From Octopus bimaculoides (Eukaryota), in the NCBI RefSeq assembly GCF_001194135.2, contig NC_068999.1, forward strand, positions 50,667,103 to 50,731,102: a stretch of 64,000 nucleotides of DNA. Reading direction: 5' to 3'. This document shows, piece after piece, positions 39,347 to 52,910 of the stretch. Numbering within the stretch: the stretch's first letter is position 1; each line of letters begins with the position of its first letter. A program made the position numbers and the translations under genes. The notes under the pieces were generated by a model. That model was not told where the DNA came from and did not search any database. It was given only the letters and a program-made list of their open reading frames with translations.

Positions 39347-40172
39347 TTCATTTAACTGCGGCCATGCTGGAGCACCATTTTAGTCGAACAAATCGACCCC
39401 AGGATTTGTTCTTTGTCAGCCTAGTATTTATCGGTCACTTTTGCCGAACCGCTAGTTAACGAGGACGTAAAAGACCAACATCGATTGTCAATATATATAT
39501 TTCGCCATGATAGATCGCCAGCCACTAAACCTTTTTCTATTTTCTCTCCCTGTTTATTTCTGTGTTCCTTTCTGTCGAAGAGCGTAGGCTCGAAACGTAA
39601 AATATTTCCTTACTTCCCGAGCGTTAAACTAATACATCTGTTTGTTGTTTACAAAGCCGTCTTCGTCTTTTGTTTTTTTTTGTAAATTCTCACTATATAT
39701 NNNNNNNNNNNNNNNNNNNNNNNNNNNNNNNNNNNNNNNNNNNNNNNNNNNNNNNNNNNNNNNNNNNNNNNNNNNNNNNNNNNNNNNNNNNNNNNNNNNN
39801 NNNNNNNNNNNNNNNNNNNNNNNNNNNNNNNNNNNNNNNNNNNNNNNNNNNNNNNNNNNNNNNNNNNNNNNNNNNNNNNNNNNNNNNNNNNNNNNNNNNN
39901 NNNNNNNNNNNNNNNNNNNNNNNNNNNNNNNNNNNNNNNNNNNNNNNNNNNNNNNNNNNNNNNNNNNNNNNNNNNNNNNNNNNNNNNNNNNNTATATACA
40001 TATATATACGACGGGCTACTTTCAGTTTCCGCCTACCAAATCCACTCGCAAGGCTTTGGTCGGCCCGAGGCTATAGTAGAAGACACTTGCCCAAGGTGTC
40101 ACACAAAGGGACTGAACCCGGAATCATGTGGTTGGGAAGCAAGTTTCTTACCACACAACCACTCCTGCACCT
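39347..40172 (-). mobile_element. SINE family A split into tail (39347-39491) and head (40009-40172) by a family D repeat and an N-gap
   Basis: Both halves are collinear and in the same orientation; the family D sequence lies where the microsatellite linker normally is. Confidence 0.75.
39503..39695 (+). repeat. Dispersed repeat family D, probable Penelope-like element terminal repeat
   Basis: CTTTCTGTCGAAGAGCGTAGGCTCGAAACGTAAAA...CCCGAGCGTTAAACTAATACATCTGTTTGTTGTTTAC. Homologous copies at 28648-28740 and 52782-52910 (both minus). The PLE assignment is inference from the hammerhead-like motif. Confidence 0.65.
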
Positions 40173-40290
40173 ATATATTCATACATGTGTGTGCGTGTAT
40201 GTGTGTGCGTGTATGTGTGTGCGTGTGTGTGTGTGTGTGTGTGAGTGTGTGTGGTGTTTGTATGTGTACGTCTACGTAATTTGGATGTTG

Positions 40291-40398
40291 GGCAATAGAA
40301 TAAGTACCAGGCTAAAAAGCAAAAAAAAAAGCCAAACGTGCTAAGGTTGACATGTTCTGCTAAAATTCTTCAACGCAGTGCCCCAGCATGGCCATGAC
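40291..40398 (+). mobile_element. SINE family A tail fragment
   Basis: ATAGAATAAGTACCAGGCT...GGTTGAC...GTGCCCCAGCATGGCC. Confidence 0.65.
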
Positions 40399-42694
40399 GA
40401 AATAAGCAATGGATAAAGATAAAACGATATACAGATACAGATATGCACATGCATACACATAGTCACATGGACTTACACACGCACGCTTACGTACGCGCAC
40501 ACATATATACACACAAACACACACGCACATAACACATGTGTACATCATTATATATATATATATATATATATNNNNNNNNNNNNNNNNNNNNNNNNNNNNN
40601 NNNNNNNNNNNNNNNNNNNNNNNNNNNNNNNNNNNNNNNNNNNNNNNNNNNNNNNNNNNNNNNNNNNNNNNNNNNNNNNNNNNNNNNNNNNNNNNNNNNN
40701 NNNNNNNNNNNNNNNNNNNNNNNNNNNNNNNNNNNNNNNNNNNNNNNNNNNNNNNNNNNNNNNNNNNNNNNNNNNNNNNNNNNNNNNNNNNNNNNNNNNN
40801 NNNNNNNNNNNNNNNNNNNNNNNNNNNNNNNNNNNNNNNNNNNNNNNNNNNNNNNNNNNNNNNNNNNNNNNNNNNNNNNNNNNNNNNNNNNNNNNNNNNN
40901 NNNNNNNNNNNNNNNNNNNNNNNNNNNNNNNNNNNNNNNNNNNNNNNNNNNNNNNNNNNNNNNNNNNNNNNNNNNNNNNNNNNNNNNNNNNNNNNNNNNN
41001 NNNNNNNNNNNNNNNNNNNNNNNNNNNNNNNNNNNNNNNNNNNNNNNNNNNNNNNNNNNNNNNNNNNNNNNNNNNNNNNNNNNNNNNNNNNNNNNNNNNN
41101 NNNNNNNNNNNNNNNNNNNNNNNNNNNNNNNNNNNNNNNNNNNNNNNNNNNNNNNNNNNNNNNNNNNNNNNNNNNNNNNNNNNNNNNNNNNNNNNNNNNN
41201 NNNNNNNNNNNNNNNNNNNNNNNNNNNNNNNNNNNNNNNNNNNNNNNNNNNNNNNNNNNNNNNNNNNNNNNNNNNNNNNNNNNNNNTATGAGTCTCATCA
41301 TTATCGTCGTCGTCATCGCTGACGCTGTCGTCGTACTCATCCTCTCCCGCCTCCTCCTCGTCGTGGACACCGTCGTCATCAAAATCATGAAATCGTGCTA
41401 CTCCTCGTTAACTATATCACCGTCAGATTTATCCTCATTGTTAACATCCCACCCTCCTCCTCCACTTACCCCCTCCTCCTCCTCCTCCTCCTCATCATCA
41501 TCATCTGTAACACTACTTACCAAGTACTAGAAGGAATCGTTATTACGATGAGTGAACCACGTTTATTGCTATCACAACGTCTAAGATAGAGAAAGACAGA
41601 GAAAGATGGGGAAAGTCAGACCACTGCAATCCCATTTGCTACTTTGTCGTAATGCGCTGACATCAATCCTTTTATTGATAAATCCTATTTCCTTCATCCC
41701 GACATTGTTATAACTAATGTTATTATTATTATATGAGAAACCGCAGTTCTCTGATTGTCAAGTACTCGAGCAGCCTAACAACGGGTTAAGTCGGTGTGGA
41801 GTGAAGTGGTTGGGTTACACAGCGGCTACGATATTTTGTAAGGTCTTGGTAGAAGGAATGGAGTAAGAAATAATAACAACAACAGCAACAATATCAACAA
41901 AAACAGTTACAATAATTACAACAGGAAGAAGAAAACGACTACATGCGGTAGAAATTATGTTAAGACAACGGTTTTCAAAGAGAATACGACTGAGTGAACT
42001 CTCGGCTTGCAGTTAGTCACATGATCTTTTTACTTAAACAATTCCGTATCAAAGCAATGAAGCAAAGAAATATTATTACTATTGTTATTGTTGTGGTTGA
42101 TGCTGTTGCATGGTTGTGGTGCGATTGTTTAAACTCCATGCCACGAATCGTGGCTTCTCCATAGACACACGTTTAGGTCCTAATGCTTGCAATAAAATGC
42201 ACTCCGCTAAAAATTCGCAAATGCACTCAATAACCGAACGAATTAAATCCGCTACCAAAAAAATACAATTTGATCGATTGTGACTACGGTAGCCAATCAC
42301 TTGCAGATGTTGCTACCTACAGTAAATCTAACGAGAACATTTTTTGATTGAGTAGAAAACATGTTTTAACCAAACAATCATATCTGCACCCATGCATACG
42401 TGAGAGGTAGAAGAAAGAAACATTGATAACAAAGAATAATTGGAATATCTGAAGAAATATCTAACATCTTTCGGAGTATACAAGAAGAAAGCCGTAAGTC
42501 TCCAAACTAAAGCCTAGTCTTATGAAGATCTTTCGATAAAAGAATGGATATTTTAGAGCAATAAACCTGTTTTTCTTGATGCTGTTAAACATTAACACCA
42601 TGGCTCCGTTTTTCTATGATAAAGAATGGTAAAAATATTCCTGCTATATATGTCAAAAAATCGTCTCAATCTAGGCTGTGTATCAAAGAAATAA

Positions 42695-42755
<61 letters not shown>

Positions 42756-43417
42756 TAATAACAATTGGAAGTAAAATAAATGACGGTGAAAAAATGTGTG
42801 CCAGGCCAATAATATATATTTTGAAGGTTTTAGTCGACTTAGGCGGCAAAAAATTATTTTAATTAATTAATTAATAAATTAATCAATCATCTTATTTACT
42901 GACCCATAATTCTATTTTCTAAAAGATATAATAATAATAATGATAATAATAATGATAATAATCAAGAAAGAAAACCATAACCAGCATCTGGAGGAAATAA
43001 TCAATACACAGCCGTGATTTTACGTTTGGATAACAAGGGAAAAGCAGCTGTTTGTCTGTTAGCCATGATGATCTTTCTTCTTTGTATTCTGATTCGTCTC
43101 CCTCTTCAGCATCATCATTTGCATCACTACCACTACTGCTATCACCACCACCACCACCACCACCCTCCTCTCCGACTCCTACTACTACTCCACCTCCTTC
43201 TACTCATTATTCTCTTCTTCCTGTTCCTGCCCTGCTCATTCTTCTTCTTCTTCTTCTTCTTCTTCTTCTCCTCCTCCTCCCNNNNNNNNNNNNNNNNNNN
43301 NNNNNNNNNNNNNNNNNNNNNNNNNNNNNNNNNNNNNNNNNNNNNNNNNNNNNNNNNNNNNNNNNNNNNNNNNNNNNNNNNNNNNNNNNNNNNNNNNNNN
43401 NNNNNNNNNNNNNNNNN

Positions 43418-43464
<47 letters not shown>

Positions 43465-44829
43465 CTAAACAGCGTTACGGGTAAAGCGACCGTTGCGCAA
43501 CTACGCGAAACGTACGCATTGAATGCATGTCAAGAATCAACATATGGCTTCCTGATTATTCTGATATATAAACGTACATAACAAAACGTTAAGTTCTCTG
43601 TGGAAGACAAGCTCATGTGATTAATCTATTAGCAATCGATTAACAAAAGCTGTGTGATGTACAACATAAGGTTAACTAAAGAAAAAAATCTGCTTCTTTT
43701 ATAAACTGTCATATGTTAAACTTTATGTATGACGGAACATCTATAATTCGATGCATCCTTGAACAGAGTAAACATTCCGATAATTGTCAGAGGTTTTTAA
43801 CTTACAGACGTTAGAAGCCTCGGTGTATCTCTACGTAATCTATAACAAAGATGGTGTTTGCAGATTTATGACAAGTCATTGCTTGAAGTGACTTTGTCGT
43901 GTCCGTATCAGTAATAAATACTACCACAGAAACGAATGTTCAATCGCTAAGTTCGAGTATTTCCTGTCTCTGTATCAAATCTCGAATTACCTTTCACATG
44001 GTTTCATAATTTGGTTTTTACCGACTCATAACGTGATTATATATTTCGGTGTATTGGGAGACCAAATTTGAAAATACGAGAAATCTATAGTGTACAACAA
44101 TAACAAAGTCTCTAATACTATAATGACCGGAGTGTGTGTGTGTGTGTGTGTGGGAGGGGGAGGCAAGTTCTAATACATGTTGCCATGACAACGATATGTA
44201 GTATAGATATCAGAAATCTAAACACGAATAAGTAAACTGGTTAAAAAGCAAAATATTGGCTTCGATTAATTAACCGTCCTTAGTGAACTAACCGATCAAT
44301 ATATTTCACCAACTGCTTTATTGATCTGCACAGCATATTCACCTATTTCATATACAGAAGCCATAGTAAGTATTAATTTTGTATCTTCTAGACGTGTTTA
44401 TATAATAAGAAAAAGCGAGAAATAGAAAAAAAGAAACAAAGCAAAGTGTAATCATAAAAATAATGATAATGAGAATATGGTTCAGTTTATTTGCCGCAAG
44501 GGCAAAATAAATACAAGATCACATAATTCACTAATGAAGACAAAACAGTCAGCTTTGTATGCACATAAATAATCAATTAGCAAAAGAAACATTATAAGAT
44601 ATACCGAATAAGAATAGAATCAACTTTTCAATTATGTAGACATACATACATGCATACATACATGCATACACAAACACACACACAGACACACAGACACGCA
44701 CACACACTCACATAATCGTAACTAAAAAGTTGAATTTATCCTCTTCATTATATATATTACACATATACATACGTACTTATATATGTGTGTGTACACACAC
44801 ACACACACACATATATATATTTATATTTT

Positions 44830-44865
<36 letters not shown>

Positions 44866-45379
44866 NNNNNNNNNNNNNNNNNNNNNNNNNNNNNNNNNNN
44901 NNNNNNNNNNNNNNNNNNNNNNNNNNNNNNNNNNNNNNNNNNNNNNNNNNNNNNNNNNNNNNNNNNNNNNNNNNNNNNNNNNNNNNNNNNNNNNNNNNNN
45001 NNNNNNNNNNNNNNNNNNNNNNNNNNNNNNNNNNNNNNNNNNNNNNNNNNNNNNNNNNNNNNNNNNNNNNNNNNNNNNNNNNNNNNNNNNNNNNNNNNNN
45101 NNNNNNNNNNNNNNNNNNNNNNNNNNNNNNNNNNNNNNNNNNNNNNNNNNNNNNNNNNNNNNNNNNNNNNNNNTATATATGAATATATATATATATATAT
45201 AGAGAAATTTCGTACCAGTGGCAAGCATGCATAATATAGTCAATAGACAACATATTTTTCATATGAAACTAAAAACTAAGATGACCACTGCAACGCTGGC
45301 AGACAAGAGCTATGTATCATCTTGATCATCGGGGAGTTCTTTGATCCATTAAGTGCAAGAGTAAATTTTCACGGACTTC

Positions 45380-45635
45380 ATTACTCGTTGTTCATTTTGA
45401 AGAAATTTCGGCAAATGCTGCTTCAGTATATCGCCTTCAGTTTACTTCCGTTCAGGCATTTCCGTTCTGCTAATCCAACCCCATCAAGCATTATCATTAC
45501 ACCCACACCCACACTTTTTATCTAACTCAGAACTTCGACCCTGTAGAATCCCTTCCCAGCTCATATGTTTCCCACGGGTGTTGATTTACAAATGTTCAAA
45601 CGGAACCTAAATGACATCAATTTCACCGGTTAAAA
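45380..45635 (+). mobile_element. Decayed CR1/L2-like LINE 3' end
   Basis: *NPFPAHMFPTGVDLQMFKRNLNDINF (TAG in place of W) resembles the terminal WNxLP...FK motif of CR1/L2 ORF2. Upstream LPFRHFRS is also compatible. Frameshifted. Confidence 0.55.
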
Positions 45636-47196
45636 GGACCTTCAAAGGCCATGAACGCTGCTTCTTCCTTCACACTCAACAATTAAAAAAACCCCAGAAA
45701 ACAACACGGCCTGAGACAACTCGTAACGTTGGATCCCAACCGATTGGCTGGCTTAAACTATGTAGACTAATCCCAATATAGTAGAAAATAGAAGCAAAAA
45801 GCATACCTAACTCATACAGAGTTGCGCTCGGTAGTACAGGGAAAACATAATAAATGTACGAATGTTTTAAAATAATTATAATAATTATAATTTGGTCAGA
45901 AGGAAGGAATAGAGGTACAACATTTGCTAACCGCCTCCCGTTAGATATATGAAAAGGAATATCAACTACTTCCTAGAATGTAAATAATATACATTCCGTG
46001 TGAAATATATTTTCGAAAACAATATGCCATATTTTATCAAAAATGTGTCAATGCCACTTCTCAAAACAACAAAAACATGGGGTGACGAAATGACGCAGAA
46101 AATCTGCTCCACACGCCTGTTATTCTCACAGCATTTTTGATAATCTTAAACGGTTTCGCTAATCTTGGACAACTTCACTGATTTTGAACAATTATAATCA
46201 TATTTTCTAAGATGCTACCTGGTTTATGCATTAAGAGAAGTTAACTAACTCTCGATAATTCGACCAAAACCTGTATAATATAGAATTAAAGGGAATTAGA
46301 AACAATTTTTGAAATGAATTTTGGAAGATGTTAGTAGCAAATTTCTCGCAAGCATTTAACTACATAAAACGAAGCCATTTGCCGTCAGTAGTTTAGGCAC
46401 GTATTTTTTGGAGGTTGCGCGTTTAAAAAAAAAATGCAGAACATAACCACATCAGTTGTCACAATTAGTTTCAGTCAGGGTGACATACGGAATAATGAAG
46501 AAACAAGCACGAGTTCACGCAGACAATTGACATTCTGTCACAGTAGAAATATAAAAGAAGCTGGAAAACGTAAAGATAATATAAGGGCAAATAAAAGAAC
46601 TATCTGGAAATAACAAATAATATCTAATGCCAACATATTCATCGTTTTTAGAGAAATGAACTATGAAAGTACAATGTCAGCTAATTTTAAACAACCTACT
46701 AAACAAAACCCTTATTTTATCAATGCGATGCTTCGCTGCAATCATCAAACAAAAGGCAAAGTAGGACTGACTAGCGTAGCTACATTAAATCAATACGAAC
46801 AATGCAAAACACTATAGTTCAGTGTCATTCAAAATCACATGAATGTAAGAATAGTTTTGGTTAACATATTTCAGTTAGGAAACAACAGAAAAATTTACCC
46901 GGAGACCTTTTTTCAAAGCCTATATGCATTCGATGTTAAAGTGATGTGTATTCTATTGTTTTCGACTGTATTTAAGAAGCATACGTACGGCATGCCTACT
47001 TTTATGCTATGTTTAAGCGACCGATATATTACACGCATGCGTTTGTGCGCCTATGTATGTATATATGCACGTATGTATGTATGCATGTAAGTATGTATGT
47101 ATATGTATATATATATAAGAAAGTAATGTAAGAGTCACAGAAATTTTTTCTTATATACCTATCCCACGTGGGTATACAGAACATTCCATTCTTCAC

Positions 47197-47227
<31 letters not shown>

Positions 47228-47250
47228 ATATTCTTTTGCACTTCTATTTT

Positions 47251-47587
47251 TTTACTTATTTCAGTCATTTGGCTACAGCCATGCTGGAGCACCGCCTTAT
47301 AGGGTTTTAGTCGAAGAAGTCCACCTCAGTACTTATTCTATAGTTCTCTTTTGCTGAACCGTTAGGGTACGGGAATATAACCACACCAGCATCAGCTGTT
47401 AACCGATGGCGGAGGAACAAACACACACACACGCACATATATATGTATATATTAGTATATATACTACGGGTTTCTTTCAGTTTCCGTCTCCCAAATCAAC
47501 TTACAATTTTTTGGCCCTAGGTGACACGCTGTGGAATTGAACACAGAACCATGTGGTTGGGAAGCAAGCTTCTTACCACACAGCCAC
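47251..47587 (-). mobile_element. SINE family A, near full length
   Basis: TTTCAGTCATTTGGCTACAGCCATGCTGGAGCACCGCC...TTTCAGTTTCCGTC...AACCATGTGGTTGGGAAGCAAGCTTCTTACCACACAGCC. Confidence 0.85.
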
Positions 47588-47910
47588 GCTTGTTTGTCTA
47601 TGTTTGTATATATGTATTTAAATATATATGTGTGTGTATGTATATGTATGTTTCGTTTAAAGTTTGGGTAGAGTGCATTACACATATACACAGGGGTATG
47701 CATATATAGATGCATACATACATCTTTACATACATAAATACAAACATACATGAAGATATTCTAACGTACGGTCATAGGTAATGTCCTCCTTGATATGACC
47801 TTTGAATTCACAAATGTCGGCCGACATTAACTCAGAAAACTTGTCACTTCCGTTAGTGTATCTTGTGTCTTCCTAACCTGAGACACGCCATATTACGCAA
47901 CTAGCCCAGC

Positions 47911-47980
<70 letters not shown>

Positions 47981-48028
47981 AATGTATGTGTGTGTATAAA
48001 TATATATGTATGTTTATTTGCGTATAAA

Positions 48029-48067
<39 letters not shown>

Positions 48068-48237
48068 ATACACACACACACGCACGCACGCACACACACA
48101 CGCACGCACACATACACACACACACACATACACACACTCACACACAGACAGATATATATAATATATATATCCATCTATTTCCCTATGTACATGTAAGTAT
48201 ATAAACATGTGTATGCTTATACTTGTACACGTTCGTG

Positions 48238-48296
<59 letters not shown>

Positions 48297-48335
48297 ATAT
48301 ATATATATATATATATACATACACATAAATAAAGT

Positions 48336-48376
<41 letters not shown>

Positions 48377-48895
48377 TGTACGCATACATTCAAACACGTG
48401 TGTGTATTTTGGTGCTCCAAAGTATATTCCGTACTCCACAGCTTTTCGTCAGCCATTCTCCCAGCGAATTTTTAACATTATAATGAGTAGTAGCACAAGT
48501 TGCAGTAGCAGCAGCAGCAGTAGCAGCAGCAGCAACAGCAGCAGTATCGTCATAAACACACGATTCTCATTACCATCGTGTTGGGTTTGTTTTCCCCCTC
48601 CTGCTTACATTCCAGATTAACCTCGATCTCATCAGAACCGCCATTGCATCAACGATCTTTCGAAATAGACTACTGACCGACTAAATTCTAAAAAGGGCAA
48701 AACAATTACTTTTTTCACAGAATTTGAGCTAAACTTAACAGTAAAACATATAGAAAATAAAAAATAAATATTGAAAAATAAATGAAATAATTGGAAAATA
48801 ACCTTACATTAAGGCTGTAAACACGCACACATCATATATATATATATATATATATGCATGTGTGTGTCTTTACGTACGTCTGTATGTATGTATGT

Positions 48896-49362
48896 CATTA
48901 TTCTGTTTTATTTCAAGGCTTCTTGCCAAGAGAGAAAGAGCCGGTTTCTAACCTAGATCTAAGTCTTCTTCATTGGAATTCCAACGCCAACAACAGCGTA
49001 TTTTTGTGTGTACGTATTTTTGTGTGTATATATCTATATCTATATCTATATCTATATATATANNNNNNNNNNNNNNNNNNNNNNNNNNNNNNNNNNNNNN
49101 NATATATACATATATATGTGCAGAATTCTATGTTTTATGTATGTATTCTCATCTATATAGTTGCATATCTAAATATGCTCATATATATTCAAATGATAAA
49201 CTTCTGGAAAGGTTTACAGATATTTATAGTTCCAGTGATAGATTGGATCTGTAGACTTCGAATTAGCTTCCTCCTTTCTGGTTTTGAGAAGCCTAACTTC
49301 TCAAGATTGCCATTTAGACAGTGTGTTTCATATCCCAAGCCTCCAATAATTACAGGTATAAT
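48896..49362 (-). mobile_element. 5'-truncated R4/Dong-like non-LTR retrotransposon (restriction-like endonuclease C-terminus plus 3' UTR)
   Basis: 49189-49362 translates IIPVIIGGLGYETHCLNGNLEKLGFSKPERRKLIRSLQIQSITGTINICKPFQKFII*, matching the PxxxGxLG...LQ...GT terminal motif of RLE-type LINEs. Non-coding tail runs to about 48896; (TATG/TACA)n tracts on both sides. Confidence 0.75.
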
Positions 49363-49387
49363 GTATGTATGCATGCATGTATGTACG

Positions 49388-49421
<34 letters not shown>

Positions 49422-50015
49422 CGTATGTATGTTCTACATTTACTTGTAAGCATCACTATTTATGAAAATCGTTTTATATCGATTACTCTATTATTTAAAG
49501 ATTAAAATTGTTAAAAGGTACTAAGATATGACAATTAGAAGTTTTCAAATAATTTTTGGTATTCCTCTGCTGTAAATTAAATTTCTAATAAAGTTTAGAG
49601 AAATGAAGTGAAATGAATCTATATTTATATATTTTTTTTAAAGAAAAATTTCTCATGAAGTTTTCTTTAGAATATATTTACATATTTATTTTTGCTTTTA
49701 ATTGATAAAAAATTATTAAGATGATTGTTTATCAGCTAACTTTCCTTCAAGATATATTTCACATTCATTATGCATTAAGAAAGTTTGCGTGGACATATTT
49801 CTCTCTCTTTCTTTTCTTTTAGCAGGCTAAAAATAAAAAAATTATAATAACAAAACCATAATATAGACGAAGAAAAAGAAAGCGGAAGAAAGACGTCAAT
49901 ATGTTTCTATATTCATCTTATGAAGTCAATAGTTAATATCGAAGTTATGAATTTTCAATGAAAATTTCAGCTAATTGTAAATGCAGAATATTTTTCAGAT
50001 GGTAGATAGATATTT

Positions 50016-50296
50016 GTGGAGGAGCAATGGCCCAGTGGTTAGGGCAGCAGACTCGCGGTCGGAGGATCGCGGTTTCGATTCTCAGACCGGGCGTTGTGTG
50101 TGTTGATTGAGTGAAAACACCTAAAAGCTCCACGAGGCTCTCGCCGGGGTGGTGGCGACCCCTGTTGTACTCTTTCGTCCCACCTTTCTCTCATTCTTTC
50201 TTCCTGTTTATTGAGTAAAAAGCTGCGATGGACTGGCGTCCCGTCCAGCTTGGGAGAAACACATACGCCATGGAAACCGGGAAACCGGCCCTATGC
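50016..50296 (+). mobile_element. SINE family C (tRNA-derived)
   Basis: Pol III A box TGGCCCAGTGG and B box GGTTTCGATTC; faint CORE-like TTGAGTGAAAACACCT; tail CTGCGATGGACTGGCGTCCCGTCCAG...GGAAACCGGGAAACCGGCC. Related copies at 54369-54426 (minus) and 52984-53052. Confidence 0.8.
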
Positions 50297-50469
50297 TCCA
50301 GAAGGGGCTAAGTATATTTCCAAGATAGTTATTTAACTATAACCTCCGAAATCTATGTAATGAGATTTTTTAATGAAATGTCAGATAGATATGTTTTTTA
50401 ATGTATACATATTATGCAAAACTATATATAGTATACAGTAATCTCTTGGGCCCCAAGAAGACGGTTTTA

Positions 50470-50733
50470 CAAGTATTTGGTGAGTGACCTGCTCAGCTGC
50501 TTTGTTTATGGGGATCATGATAAAATGTTTGCGCTGCACATTGGCTCATTCTCCTACATCAAATGGGCGTTGTCTGAACAGGTGCACGGCGCACCACACA
50601 CAAGTCAGGTGTCGAAGTAATCGTAGAGCAGCGTGAAATGAAGTGTTTTGCTCAAGAACACAACGAACCACTTGGTCTGAGAATCGGGTCCACGATCTCA
50701 TCATCAAAAATGCCACATTCTAACCAATAAGCC
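50470..50733 (-). mobile_element. tRNA/CORE-like SINE family E, degenerate
   Basis: Minus strand GGCTTATTGGTTAGAATG...GATTCTCAGACC...GTGTTCTTGAGCAAAACACTTCATTTCACGCTGCTC (CORE-like). A similar relic lies at about 31190-31325. Confidence 0.6.
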
Positions 50734-50817
50734 CTGAAAACCCTCACACATAAAAACACAGAAATCCATCCATTCATCCATCCATCGATATGTGTGTATG
50801 TGTGTGTGTGTGTCCCT

Positions 50818-50977
50818 AGGCTTCCACCCAGTTTCTATCAAACATAACTCTTCAGCAAGCTAATGGCCGACTCTGGCCCAAATTAGGACCCTTGCTCTAA
50901 ATGCCTTGTATTGACACTAAACCCGAATTCACGTGGCTGCAAAGCAAGCTTCTTAACCGCACAACCATACTGCACCT
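50818..50977 (-). mobile_element. SINE family A head, old and degenerate
   Basis: GGCTTCCACCCAGTTTC...CTTGCTCTAAATGCC...GCAAGCTTCTTAACCGCACAACCATACTGCACCT. Confidence 0.6.
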
Positions 50978-51383
50978 ATGGTCATAAAAACGGAGGCAAA
51001 ATAGCGAATACTAGAAATAGAATTCTGAATTGTTGACTATTGTGCTAAATGTTTGCTTTTGGATTATATAACATGTCTGGTTCCATTCTTGTTGAGAAAG
51101 TAGAAAACAAGTGGATATAATTGATGTCAATCTCTGAATTAGGACGATTTTATTGTAGAACAATCCAGTGATTTGTTATGAGAAAGTCTATGTTTGAAGT
51201 AGATTCCTTACAGACAGGAAACAAGTACTTGATATCAACCTCATGCACTATACATATACGCAGAAGTTTACTTGCGATTATATGGCTTTGTCTCTTTAAG
51301 TTCAAGCTCGTATCTACGTATATGCACGTGTGGTGAGTATCCTTTAATTATGTAAGTTAACATGAATACGTAAATGCATGCAT

Positions 51384-51432
<49 letters not shown>

Positions 51433-51790
51433 NNNNNNNNNNNNNNNNNNNNNNNNNNNNNNNNNNNNNNNNNNNNNNNNNNNNNNNNNNNNNNNNNNNN
51501 NNNNNNNNNNNNNNNNNNNNNNNNNNNNNNNNNNNNNNNNNNNNNNNNNNNNNNNNNNNNNNNNNNNNNNNNNNNNNNNNNNNNNNNNNNNNNNNNNNNN
51601 NNNNNNNNNNNNNNNNNNNNNNNNNNNNNNNNNNNNNNNNNNNNNNNNNNNNNNNNNNNNNNNNNNNNNNNNNNNNNNNNNNNNNNNNNNNNNNNNNNNN
51701 NNNNNNNNNNNNNNNNNNNNNNNNNNNNNNNNNNNNNNNNNNNNNNNNNNNNNNNNNNNNNNNNNNNNNNNNNNNNNNNNNNNNNNNNNN

Positions 51791-51863
<73 letters not shown>

Positions 51864-52544
51864 TTCACACAAGCACACATGCACATACAAGCACACGAAC
51901 ACATACAAAACTAAGTATGTTTCTTAATGAGTCGCATTCCTATACAACGATAGAAATATTACGAAATTTGAAAGGAATAAATACATTTATATATAGAAAA
52001 CAGCGATATTTCAGTTAATCATAAAGTGTTTGAATTAATGTCTTTTAATGTTCATCAAAGAATTTGAAAATAAGTATTGAAGACGAAGACGATTAAAAAG
52101 AATAAAGTAATAATTACATTATATTTCTAAATTTAGAACTTTCTCCAGAGATTCTCCGCCCCTCAGAGCAATTGAATTCATTCTTAATTATAAAATTGAT
52201 GTCAAATGCAGAAACGAAAATACACTTTCGATAGTAAAACAGTGCGTTTCAATCCTTTAATTTTCTAATGACGGCAGCAGCCGACCATCCCGTTATGTAT
52301 CTTAATCCGAAGCGTTCCTAATAAATTATCTTTTTAGAAATTTGTGTATATTTGTTTTATATATTGTGGCGCTCTTTTTACGCGCGATTCAAGCTAGTAT
52401 CAAAAACTTCGAAAGCCGCAACTTATGTTAATATGAAATGGCAGTATTAGGATTTCATTACACACTTGTTTACCTGGAGTATATATATTAAATGGAAGCA
52501 TCAATAGATAAAGATGCGTACTGTAGTTTCTATCTATCTGTCTG

Positions 52545-52603
<59 letters not shown>

Positions 52604-52781
52604 GTCTGTCTGTCTGTCTGTCTGTGTGTCCGTCTGTCTGTGTGTCTATCTATCTGACAGTCTGTCTATCTGATTATACACACACACACACACACACATA
52701 TATGTATATATTTATATATACTCACACACACACAGACATATATATATATATATATATATATGTACATATGTATATATAGTT

Positions 52782-52910
52782 GGGATTTACAAAAAACAAA
52801 ACAAAAGACGAAAACGGGTGTGTAAACAACAAACAGATGTATTAGTTTAACGCTCGGAAAGTGAGAAAGTCTTTTACATTTCGAGCCTAGACTCTTCAAC
52901 ATAAAGGAAC
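52782..52910 (-). repeat. Dispersed repeat family D copy
   Basis: GTAAACAACAAACAGATGTATTAGTTTAACGCTCGG...TTTCGAGCCTAGACTCTTCAAC. Confidence 0.7.

Noticed and set aside
47813-47828. Perfect 16-bp palindrome AATGTCGGCCGACATT (also a 14-bp one near 4327)
   Set aside because: Isolated; about the number expected by chance in 64 kb; no associated structure.
50016-50095. tRNA-gene-like sequence with A and B boxes
   Set aside because: Continues into SINE body and tail, has no clean acceptor stem or terminator, and has a truncated sibling at 54369; a SINE head, not a tRNA gene.
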